64,000 nucleotides of DNA from Chthoniobacterales bacterium (GCA_035941955.1 DASZDO010000096.1:40534-104533); one strand, 5' to 3'; counted from the stretch's first letter, positions 9,265 through 16,562 are shown. Translations and numbers: made by a program. Notes: a model not told the origin generated them from the letters alone.

Positions 9265-9796
9265 CGACGAAAGCATTCGGAATCCTTTTGCCATTCTTTG
9301 TCGGGAAAGCGCTGCCAGCAAAGGCCTTCACATCGTTTATGATAGCTATGACCCGTTTGCGGCTCGGCACGAAGTCGATCAACTCGGCCGCGCTTGGCAG
9401 CGATGTACAGGGATTAATGCACCCGATGCTCGCGAGAAAACCCTGGCCGGGATGGATAAGGATTTCCGAACGCTGACCGGTTTCCTTGAGTTCAAGGCCG
9501 GGCTTGGGCTTAGCAGTTGCGCTCTCCGACTCCTTGTAACCGATCGTGACATACTTTTCGCCGTCCTGAGTAAATACGGGGTAACGCCCTTCCTCGACGC
9601 GGCGGTTGTTCCCAGCAGGCTTGTTGGCGCCAGGCCCGCGGGTTTCTGCAACCCTGCCTGAGAGCCCTGCACCCGTTTGCTTTACCCCGTCGTGGAAGAT
9701 CTGATACTCACCGACCGTTCGCCGTTTACCACTCGGGCGCCTTTGCTCGGACTTCCTGACGATGTGAAATTCCCAACCATCTTTTTCTATGGGCAT
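9233..9796 (-). CDS. YkuD/L,D-transpeptidase-fold protein (Tlde1/DUF2778-like?)
   Basis: ILIHPGQGFLASIGCINPC fits the H-x(n)-S-x-GC(I/V) catalytic signature of the YkuD fold. Size (187 aa) and the GRYPVF motif are reminiscent of Tlde1-type proteins. Tentative. Confidence 0.4.
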   Translation of the reverse strand: MPIEKDGWEFHIVRKSEQRRPSGKRRTVGEYQIFHDGVKQTGAGLSGRVAETRGPGANKPAGNNRRVEEGRYPVFTQDGEKYVTIGYKESESATAKPKPGLELKETGQRSEILIHPGQGFLASIGCINPCTSLPSAAELIDFVPSRKRVIAIINDVKAFAGSAFPTKNGKRIPNAFVVIDGEPEPPS

Positions 9797-9841
9797 TTTT
9801 TGATCTCCCTATTTGCGAGAAGGTGGAATCAAACTCACACG

Positions 9842-10981
9842 TTATTGAGAAACAAAACTGAAGTCGTCAGCCACAAAAGACGTAACGGACCCTGCGTCCT
9901 CCTTCGAACTCAGGCAGAATTTCACCGTCTGACCTTTGAACGCAGTAAGGTCAAAAGTACGGAGCTGGAACCCCCGCTTCGCTTGCAGGTTTGAGAAAGT
10001 AGCCAGCGTTTTCACCGTATTGGATGGCTTTCGTACTTGCACCTTTAATGTATCTAGAGCGCCCGTGGACGTCTGCTCCTCAGAGGAGATATGAAGGAAG
10101 AACGACATTGACGCGGTTGTCGCCGACTCTGGAATCGTAACTTCCCGACAAAGCTTGTCCGTGTGCGGTTCGCCGAACCCGCCCAACCAGGCTTTAAAGG
10201 TTCCGGTTCGTGCAGGTTCACGAGAATCGTCTGTGATAACGCCATTGCTAGCATTCCAAGGGTCCTGACCCTCCTCGAATCCCGCGTTCACCAAGATACG
10301 TTCTACAGACCGAGCAGGACCGGGCGAAGGTCCCCCTGGGCTAGGGTTGAACTCGATCTTCAGGATAGGATGGAGTTCGAGGCCGTTCGTCGCACGGCCC
10401 GTCTGTCCATGTGGGCGATCGAAGAAGCCGACACCCGTGATTCGCACGGGGATTCCTTCTGCATCGGTCCACCCGCTCCCTGTCGCGCGCTCGGGGAACT
10501 TGGCCTCTAGAGCAGCCTTAGCGACAGTCATTTCGTTTGCGAAAACACTCGGTGACGAGACCGTGCTATTTCTACCCATGACGCAATCGGGATCGACGAT
10601 CTCGGCAATAAAGCTGTGCGTCGAACCAGGGTTGCCGGCACCAGAAGCGAACATCAACGTTTCATCTGTAACCACCAGATGGTAATCACTGTCGCCGGTC
10701 TTACCCGCCTCGAGCTTGAACTTGACCAAGAAGCCATCCACCACATAGACGCTTCTCTCCGTGGGGAGTCTCTCAAAGTCGTTACTTGGTATCGGGCCGA
10801 GTTTCTGAACCTGCGACAGATTATGAATTGAGATCGGGATCGGTTGAGTATTGATCTGGCTATCCGGATCGGCGCCAACCTTCACAGCCCAACGCTCGAC
10901 ACCACCACAAGGTTCCTGGGCTGCTACAGGAGCAGCCCAGATTAGCGCGAGTCCGAGGAGAAGCGTGCTTCGGCGCATCAT
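9842..10981 (-). CDS. Hypothetical secreted two-domain protein
   Basis: Signal peptide from the internal Met pair (MMRRSTLLLGLALIWAAPVAAQ). The N-terminal domain has CGGVERWAVKVGADPD and GVGFFDRPHGQTGRATNGLELHPIL. The C-terminal jelly-roll-like domain ends in VTSFVADDFSF. Confidence 0.6.
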   Translation of the reverse strand: MMRRSTLLLGLALIWAAPVAAQEPCGGVERWAVKVGADPDSQINTQPIPISIHNLSQVQKLGPIPSNDFERLPTERSVYVVDGFLVKFKLEAGKTGDSDYHLVVTDETLMFASGAGNPGSTHSFIAEIVDPDCVMGRNSTVSSPSVFANEMTVAKAALEAKFPERATGSGWTDAEGIPVRITGVGFFDRPHGQTGRATNGLELHPILKIEFNPSPGGPSPGPARSVERILVNAGFEEGQDPWNASNGVITDDSREPARTGTFKAWLGGFGEPHTDKLCREVTIPESATTASMSFFLHISSEEQTSTGALDTLKVQVRKPSNTVKTLATFSNLQAKRGFQLRTFDLTAFKGQTVKFCLSSKEDAGSVTSFVADDFSFVSQ

Positions 10982-11044
10982 TTGGTTAGGGGGGTCTTCT
11001 ACAGCGTTACGATTGGGAATCATGACTGGCCTGGATCGAGCCGG

Positions 11045-11809
11045 TCAACGAAAATGTATCCGGACGAGTGTAGGAGAACTCCTACACCGGCAAGGGCTGC
11101 TGTTCCAAATCGGGTCGCGCAGCGATGCCGCGGCGAATGGCTCGTTGAATTCCTTCGCGATCGCGGACGTGATGGAAAAGCCGCCGATCGGAACGCTGCG
11201 TGTGAAAATTTTCCCAGGCTCGACGAAAAGAAGATTGGTGGTGCGCGCACCGATGTCGACGAGAAGCGAGCATCCGGCCAGGTCCGGGTAGTTGAACCGG
11301 AACGCGTTGTAGAGCGCCATGGTCGCGAGATCGACAATCGATGTGCGCAAACCAGTTGCCTCGACGGCCTGGTTAATCTCATCGAGCAGGTCAGCCTTGA
11401 TCGCGACCAGGATCACCTGAATCTGCTCGTCAGCGCTGCTACTGACTTGCTGGTAATCCCAGGCCACCTCGTCGATCGGAAACGGAACGTTTTGCTGCGC
11501 TTCGAAGAAAACAATGCGTTCGATCTTTTCCGCGCCGATTGGCGGCAGGGTCACGAAGCGGGTGAAAACGGACTCCTCGGCTACCGTGTAGTTAACCTCT
11601 CCGCCCTTGATCTGGAGCTCCTCCAGCATCTCGCGCAAGGCGGCGACAATCTGCGTGCGTCGCGTTCCTTCTCTTGCCGGATCGATCAGAAATTCGCGCG
11701 AGCGGTAGCCACACAAAATCAACCCGCCTTGTGGTTGGGCGCGAAACTCCGCCAGCTCGATGCTCTGCGAGCCGAGATTGAGCGTGATGATGCGTGTCCG
11801 GGGGGACAT
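11045..11809 (-). pseudogene. pilM: Type IV pilus assembly ATPase-like protein PilM, 3'-truncated
   Basis: PilM-like over about 228 aa (IITLNLGSQSIELAEF..., ILVAIKADLLDEINQAVEATGL, LLVDIGARTTNLLF, SVPIGGFSITSAIAKEF). Similarity stops near nt 11126 and is followed by 26 unrelated residues and a stop. About 100 C-terminal residues of a normal PilM are missing, and no pilN/O/P follows. Confidence 0.7.
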
Positions 11810-11875
11810 TCACCCGCAAGAATTCCACAATTCGGCCGGGTTACGCCAGCGGAAAAAAAGGATCTCGTTTTGTGA

Positions 11876-11904
11876 TTGACCGGCTGACTTCAAATCGTCA
11901 GAAT
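11876..11904 (+). promoter_or_regulatory. Putative sigma70-type promoter of small secreted protein gene 1
   Basis: TTGACC-N17-CAGAAT. The same architecture is conserved before paralogues 2 and 3. Confidence 0.4.
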
Positions 11905-11983
11905 CGGGTTCGCCCCGGAAAACACCCCTACCCCCTTTTACCCTCCAGAAAACCCCACCAAAACCCCACAGAAAGAAACCCAA

Positions 11984-12367
11984 ATGAAGAGAAAATCCCC
12001 TCTGCTTACCTCCATCGGCGCCTTGGCGCTGTTTGTTTTAGTCGCATTTCCGACTCCGTCTGCCCGCGCAAGTCAAGGACAGTGTGGTGATGTAGTTATT
12101 ACTAACTACTACCCCGCGGGGTGCTTTATGGAGCTGACTGTCGAGCCGGAGGACTGCCTCATCTACTATACCACCACCCTCGACAATGCCAGCATCGTGG
12201 ATCCCTCACGCTCTGGGTATGATCCGGTTCCTCCAACCTTGACTTGTTACTACGGTCAGACATTTACAACTCCCTACGGCCACACCAGGAGAATCAAAGC
12301 GTTTGCCTATAAACCGGCTTGGACGCAATCAGTCCACATCACCTTCGGGCAGCAAACCTGCGACTAG
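11984..12367 (+). CDS. Small secreted Cys-containing protein, chitobiase/hexosaminidase C-terminal (CHB_HEX_C)-like single domain, paralogue 1 (divergent)
   Basis: Signal peptide MKRKSPLLTSIGALALFVLVAFPTPSARA. Mature ~100 aa with CGD..., IYYTTTLD, and C-terminal Cys. Homologous to the genes at 12706, 13871 and 14464. Confidence 0.7.
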   Translation: MKRKSPLLTSIGALALFVLVAFPTPSARASQGQCGDVVITNYYPAGCFMELTVEPEDCLIYYTTTLDNASIVDPSRSGYDPVPPTLTCYYGQTFTTPYGHTRRIKAFAYKPAWTQSVHITFGQQTCD

Positions 12368-12546
12368 CTTTGAGAAGCGACTGCAGCGTTCCCTCCGGAG
12401 TACCGGGTCGTATCCTGCCATTGAGTGACGAGCGGACCGCGCTCAGGCGAATCGTCTGCAAAATTCCGCGGGCCCGATGTTCGCCCGCCAGAATTCCACA
12501 ATTCTCCGGCGTTACGCCAGTGGAAAAATAAGGTCTCGTTTTGTGA

Positions 12547-12575
12547 TTGACCGGCTGACTTCAAATCGTCAGAAT
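12547..12575 (+). promoter_or_regulatory. Putative promoter of paralogue 2
   Basis: TTGACC-N17-CAGAAT, within a block nearly identical to 11870-11915. Confidence 0.4.
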
Positions 12576-12705
12576 CGGGTTCGTCCCGGAAAACACCCCT
12601 TCCCCCTTCAGACAAGCCCACCAAAAACCCCATAACCCCACATCCTACAAAACCCCTCAACCCACGAACAACCAAAAAAAATCCGAACCCTAGAAAGAAA
12701 CCCTC

Positions 12706-13095
12706 ATGAAAACAAAATCCTCCCTTTTCCGCTCAACCGGCGCCCTCCTGGCGCTGTTGGTGTTTATAGCGCTCCCCAGCTCGACCGCCCTGGCGTCTTG
12801 TGGACAGACTGATGATGTGGACATCTATTATGAATATGCATTACCGACCGGAATCCACGTCGAAATGGAGTGCAAGACCACCGGAGCAATCATCTACTAT
12901 ACATTAGACGGGTCAAATCCCACGCACGACGGCAGTGGTAACCCGACCGGAAACACCTATGTTTACGGCTGGCCCATTCCAATACCTTACGGTCAATGTT
13001 TCCATTTCAGGGCGCGTGCCTGGAAACCCGGAATTCCATGCTACTACGATTCGGTGAACATCAGTGACGAGACCATATGCAACCCGATCACTTGA
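12706..13095 (+). CDS. Small secreted Cys-containing CHB_HEX_C-like protein, paralogue 2
   Basis: Signal peptide with possible lipobox (TALASC). IIYYTLDGSNPTHDGS matches the (I/F)YYT.DGS.PT motif of the chitobiase/hexosaminidase C-terminal domain. Ends in ICNPIT. Confidence 0.75.
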   Translation: MKTKSSLFRSTGALLALLVFIALPSSTALASCGQTDDVDIYYEYALPTGIHVEMECKTTGAIIYYTLDGSNPTHDGSGNPTGNTYVYGWPIPIPYGQCFHFRARAWKPGIPCYYDSVNISDETICNPIT

Positions 13096-13156
13096 GAGAC
13101 GGCGGTAGCGTTTCCCACGGGATCGCCCTGTAACTCAAGCACTCCCAGGAAGCGGT

Positions 13157-13184
13157 CCGTGCCTGAAAAACCCTTCAGGCACGG
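13157..13184 (+). terminator. Stem-loop downstream of paralogue 2
   Basis: CCGTGCCTGAA-aaaccc-TTCAGGCACGG: an 11-bp perfect stem with no clear U-tract. Confidence 0.35.
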
Positions 13185-13266
13185 GCCGGCTGAGTTGTCT
13201 TGGAAATCCTGCTACTATCAGTCCGTAAACATCACCTCTGACTCGGTGCACAACCCTAATTTGTGA
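13185..13266 (+). pseudogene. 3' fragment of a further small-secreted-protein paralogue
   Basis: 13201-13266 reads WKSCYYQSVNITSDSVHNPNL*, compared with WKYCYYDSVNITDTTICNPPL* at the end of paralogue 4. There is no upstream coding part. Confidence 0.7.
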
Positions 13267-13766
13267 GAGAGAGCCGTAGCGTTCCGTTGGATTCGCTACG
13301 GCCTGAGAATTCCGATCATCGGACCCCGAAGCCTTTAAAGGAGGGGCTTCGAGGTTTTGATTTTGGAGGAGATAAGATGCGGCATCCGCATCTCCTGCGC
13401 CCGAATATTCTAACGTGCTAATGATCTCTTGAGAAGCCCCGTAAACCCGTTACCCCATTCGATCACTTCGGAATGGAAGCTGCTGCAAAATACGGTACCC
13501 CGCTAAATTTACATGGCTGGACCAATATCAGAGTTTTTTCGACTGTTTCAGGACTACTTTGGTCTGATTCCGCCGCTGATTTTGCTGTTGTGCGGTGCAG
13601 GTTTCTTATTGCGCGATGCGGGATTGGTCATTTGGCACCAACGGGGCCGGCTCTGCGAGCCGAAATTGAGCGTGATGATGCGTGTCCGAGGGGACATTCA
13701 ACCCGTGAGAATTCCACAATTCGGCCGGCGTTGCGCTAGCGGAAAAAAATGAGACGCCGTTTGTTA

Positions 13767-13795
13767 TTGACGGGCTGGCTTCAATTTGTCACAAT
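13767..13795 (+). promoter_or_regulatory. Putative promoter of paralogue 3
   Basis: TTGACG-N17-CACAAT in the duplicated upstream block. Confidence 0.4.
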
Positions 13796-13870
13796 CGGGC
13801 CCGCCCCGAAAAACATCCACTTCTACCCGACAGACAACCCCACCAAAAAACCAACAGAAAGAAAACCCAA

Positions 13871-14272
13871 ATGAAAACAAAATCCGCACTTCTTCCCTCA
13901 ATCGGCGCCGTGGCGCTGCTCGTGTTTGTTGCGTTCCCAAGCACTTCCGCCGTGGCGGCCCCAAGGTGCAGTGAGCCGGATGTTTATTATGAGTACGGTG
14001 GGCCTACTGGGTTACAAGTCGACATGGACAATACAGAGGACAATCTCTGTTTGCCCTGCAGCTCGTCCACGGTGGAACCAATCATCTACTTCACCTCAAC
14101 GGTCGATGTCCCCAACAACACCAATCCAACGCACAGCAGCCCTGTTTTCACCCAGCCGATTCCGGTTCCCTGGGGCCACACGGTCCATTACCGGGTGATC
14201 ACAGCCAAGGCATGCTGCAGCCATGTGGATTCGTACGTCGTCATTTTTGACGTAACCAACCCGGTCCCGTGA
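13871..14272 (+). CDS. Small secreted Cys-rich CHB_HEX_C-like protein, paralogue 3
   Basis: Signal peptide MKTKSALLPSIGAVALLVFVAFPSTSAVA. Contains DVYYEYGGPTGLQVDM, IIYFTSTVD..NTNPTHSS and extra cysteines. Confidence 0.7.
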   Translation: MKTKSALLPSIGAVALLVFVAFPSTSAVAAPRCSEPDVYYEYGGPTGLQVDMDNTEDNLCLPCSSSTVEPIIYFTSTVDVPNNTNPTHSSPVFTQPIPVPWGHTVHYRVITAKACCSHVDSYVVIFDVTNPVP

Positions 14273-14328
14273 GACGTCGATAAGACGTTTCCCTGGAAAG
14301 GTCTCCACGCAGAGACAATGGAATCTGA

Positions 14329-14353
14329 CGGAGGGGGGATCAGCCCCCCTCCG
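14329..14353 (+). terminator. GC-rich stem-loop downstream of paralogue 3
   Basis: CGGAGGGGGG-atcag-CCCCCCTCCG, a 10-bp stem. The same element follows paralogue 4. Confidence 0.4.
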
Positions 14354-14463
14354 CGACCGGTATGGGACGCGAGATCACCATCCATTTCACAAATCTGAGT
14401 CCTCCTCCCCTTGGAACGAAAAACCCTAAAACCACAGAAAGAAACCCTAGAAAGAAAACCCAA

Positions 14464-14841
14464 ATGAAAACAAAATCCTCTCTGTTCCGCTCAATCGGCG
14501 CCCTCCTGGCGCTGTTGTTTGTCACGCTCCCCAGCTCGACCGTCCTCGCGAATTGTGGGCAGTGTGCTGACGTGGACGTCTATTATGAATATGGAGGACC
14601 GACCGGAATCCAGGTCGAAATGGAGTGCGCATATCCCGCCGGAGCAATCATCTTCTATACAACCAACGGCTCGAATCCGACGCACACCGGCAGCACACCG
14701 GGCGCAAACACCATGATCTATATGGGGCCCATTTACGTGCCTTCCAATTCATGTGTGCGTTTCAAGGCGCGGGCCTGGAAGTATTGCTACTACGATTCGG
14801 TGAACATCACTGATACGACCATATGCAACCCCCCCCTATGA
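14464..14841 (+). CDS. Small secreted Cys-containing CHB_HEX_C-like protein, paralogue 4
   Basis: Start placed at MKTKSSLFRSIGALLALLFVTLPSSTVLA; the track ORF starts upstream at 14362. Contains DVDVYYEYGGPTGIQVEMEC, IIFYTTNGSNPTHTGS and ICNPPL. Confidence 0.75.
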   Translation: MKTKSSLFRSIGALLALLFVTLPSSTVLANCGQCADVDVYYEYGGPTGIQVEMECAYPAGAIIFYTTNGSNPTHTGSTPGANTMIYMGPIYVPSNSCVRFKARAWKYCYYDSVNITDTTICNPPL

Positions 14842-14896
14842 GACGCCAATAAGGCGTTTTCCCGAGAGGTCTCCACGCGGAGACAGCGAAATCTGA

Positions 14897-14925
14897 CGGA
14901 GGGGGGCCATCAACCCCCCCCTCCG
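14897..14925 (+). terminator. GC-rich stem-loop downstream of paralogue 4
   Basis: CGGAGGGGGG...CCCCCCTCCG, a paralogous copy of 14329-14353. Confidence 0.4.
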
Positions 14926-15275
14926 CGACCGCAACGACACGGCGGCAGAGCGCCGTGGCTACAGCGCGTTACCTGCAAAATTCCGCCGGCTCTATGCTCC
15001 ACGAACCGGGATTGAGCGTGGTTGATGCGCGTCCGGTAGGACATTTGCCCACCAGAATTCCATAATTTGGCGTCAGATACCGGTCTAAAGGCAGCGAAAA
15101 CCCAGAAAATCAAAGACAACTGCCCGCAATTATACGATATTCAGGAACGGAAGCGTGAAAGAAGCAGCAACGCACTCACAGTTCGGGAAGAAATCTCCTC
15201 TTTTGTCCGAATAACGCCGCCCGGGTGGGCGTCGGAACACGTTCTAATTTGAGACATGAACTCTTTGGCTGATTT

Positions 15276-15488
15276 ATGAGGAACCGGGAACGAAAGAAAT
15301 ATGGAAGGCGAATCGCCGTCGTCGCCGCTGTCATCCTGGCCCTGCTCTCGTGTGGGATATTGATCGCGCTGGACGTACGGAAAGAGGCCGAAGAGAAGAA
15401 GTTTCAGCGGAGATTCCCCGAGGAAAAAACGCTGGCCAAGCCGCCGCCGACGTTTCCGCCACTCGAGAAGCCTGCTGATAAGAACTAG
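15276..15488 (+). CDS. Small single-pass membrane protein (hypothetical)
   Basis: 70-aa ORF with a basic N-terminus and one TM helix (IAVVAAVILALLSCGILIAL). It competes with an antisense ORF, so support is weak. Confidence 0.3.
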   Translation: MRNRERKKYGRRIAVVAAVILALLSCGILIALDVRKEAEEKKFQRRFPEEKTLAKPPPTFPPLEKPADKN

Positions 15489-15530
15489 CGCCGTCTCCGG
15501 CTGCAATCGTTCTCCCAAGTCAGCAATCCA

Positions 15531-16505
15531 TTACAGCGGATAGAAGTAGAGTCTCTTCTGGCCGAAATCGATGATGGTGCCGTTCCTTCCCAGGATGTCC
15601 ATCCCGAGTAGGCCGATCACCTTGCCGCGGGTGCGATCGTAGAACCCAAACCTGGACGTGCGCAAATCGGGCGCCCGCACGTTCACCCCGGCGATCCGGA
15701 ACGAGCGTAACTGAGCCAGCTTCGACGATCTCTCAACGCCCGCGGCGTCAATGCTCCGCACGCGCGAGGGTAACGCTTTCGCCTTGATTTGCGTAATGAA
15801 ACGCTCATCGACCCCAGCCAGGCTGGCGCCGGTGTCTACGAACATGATCCCGGCAGTGCCGTTGATCTCCACGGGCACCAGACAATTCGTTTCAATAATC
15901 GCGAAGGGAACTTCGGCCAGCCCCTGTGCTCTCATCGCGTTACCGATCATGGCCCGGCGTCCGGTGCCCGGCGGGCGGAGATAAAGGCGCAGGTTGTGCA
16001 GATCGATGACGGCGGAGCAGGTCTGGAGGAACCCGGAACCGAGAAATCCATCGGCGCCCACATTTTGGCGCACGTGAGCATGCTGGAGGCTCCCGAGCGT
16101 TCCGAAGAAGAGAGGCACCTGCCGCATTTGGACATTGCCCATGGAGACTGTGTCGGCCACGCCTTTCCTGAAGCCGCCCAATTCATGGCCGCCCGCGGAT
16201 CGGCCAAACCGATTCACCCCTTGCACGGGCGACCGCAGGACCTTCGCGTAGTCGCCACCCACGGTAATGCCCTGGCCGGACCAGCCGGTGTCGACGATGA
16301 GGCGGGCCTTGCGTCCATTGATCGTGGCCGCCACGGTCAGGACGTTGGGCTGCGGCCGATGCAACTCGACCATGCCATAGCCGTCGCGCCGCAAAGCCTC
16401 GAGTGAGATGCGAGCATGGGCCGGGGCGGCAAAGAAGCAGACCGCCAAACTCAGGAGAAGGAGCCGTGCCATTTGCCGGCGCAAAGGCCGTGGCGTGACT
16501 CGCAT
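15531..16505 (-). CDS. Retropepsin-like (clan AA) aspartyl protease, two-domain, secreted
   Basis: Two D(T/S)G active-site motifs (LIVDTGWSG, MFVDTGASL). Signal peptide after the Met at 16505. Confidence 0.7.
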   Translation of the reverse strand: MRVTPRPLRRQMARLLLLSLAVCFFAAPAHARISLEALRRDGYGMVELHRPQPNVLTVAATINGRKARLIVDTGWSGQGITVGGDYAKVLRSPVQGVNRFGRSAGGHELGGFRKGVADTVSMGNVQMRQVPLFFGTLGSLQHAHVRQNVGADGFLGSGFLQTCSAVIDLHNLRLYLRPPGTGRRAMIGNAMRAQGLAEVPFAIIETNCLVPVEINGTAGIMFVDTGASLAGVDERFITQIKAKALPSRVRSIDAAGVERSSKLAQLRSFRIAGVNVRAPDLRTSRFGFYDRTRGKVIGLLGMDILGRNGTIIDFGQKRLYFYPL

Positions 16506-16562
16506 GGCCAGGGAACGCACGGCGGGATGTTTGCCGCTTTTGACGTAGCAAGGCAAGCTCGG

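Larger units (their letters stand above)
11765..15070. repeat. Segmentally duplicated region: promoter/leader + small-secreted-protein gene units, three of them carrying copies of the pilM 5' end
   Basis: The pilM start region (11765-11809) recurs at 13653-13697 (near identical) and 14997-15044 (degenerate). The adjoining AGAATTCCACAATTC block recurs at about 11818, 12488, 13707 and 15052. The promoter-like block and CA-rich leader recur before three genes. Confidence 0.8.

Noticed and set aside
9025-9796. The 79-aa and 187-aa ORFs as a toxin-antitoxin or effector-immunity pair.
   Set aside because: They are convergent and overlapping rather than co-oriented, and neither matches a TA or immunity family I can recognise. 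Only the YkuD-fold observation is kept.
4600-11126. Calling the pilus-operon insert a prophage, ICE or transposon.
   Set aside because: No integrase, transposase, phage structural or conjugation genes were seen. I could find no flanking direct or inverted terminal repeats. It is reported only as an insert or replacement.
13473-13752. ORFs 13473..13739 and 13513..13752 as genes.
   Set aside because: Their 3' parts read through the duplicated pilM-start/promoter block (...RLCEPKLSVMMRVRGD...). They are therefore chimeras created by the segmental duplication. The hydrophobic N-terminal part could be a remnant of a disrupted gene, but there is no support for a functional product.
14362-14463. 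The upstream extension of the paralogue-4 ORF (start at 14362).
   Set aside because: The extension translates the CA-rich leader (…PPLGTKNPKTTERNPRKKTQ). All paralogues begin at the conserved MK(T/R/K)K signal-peptide start.
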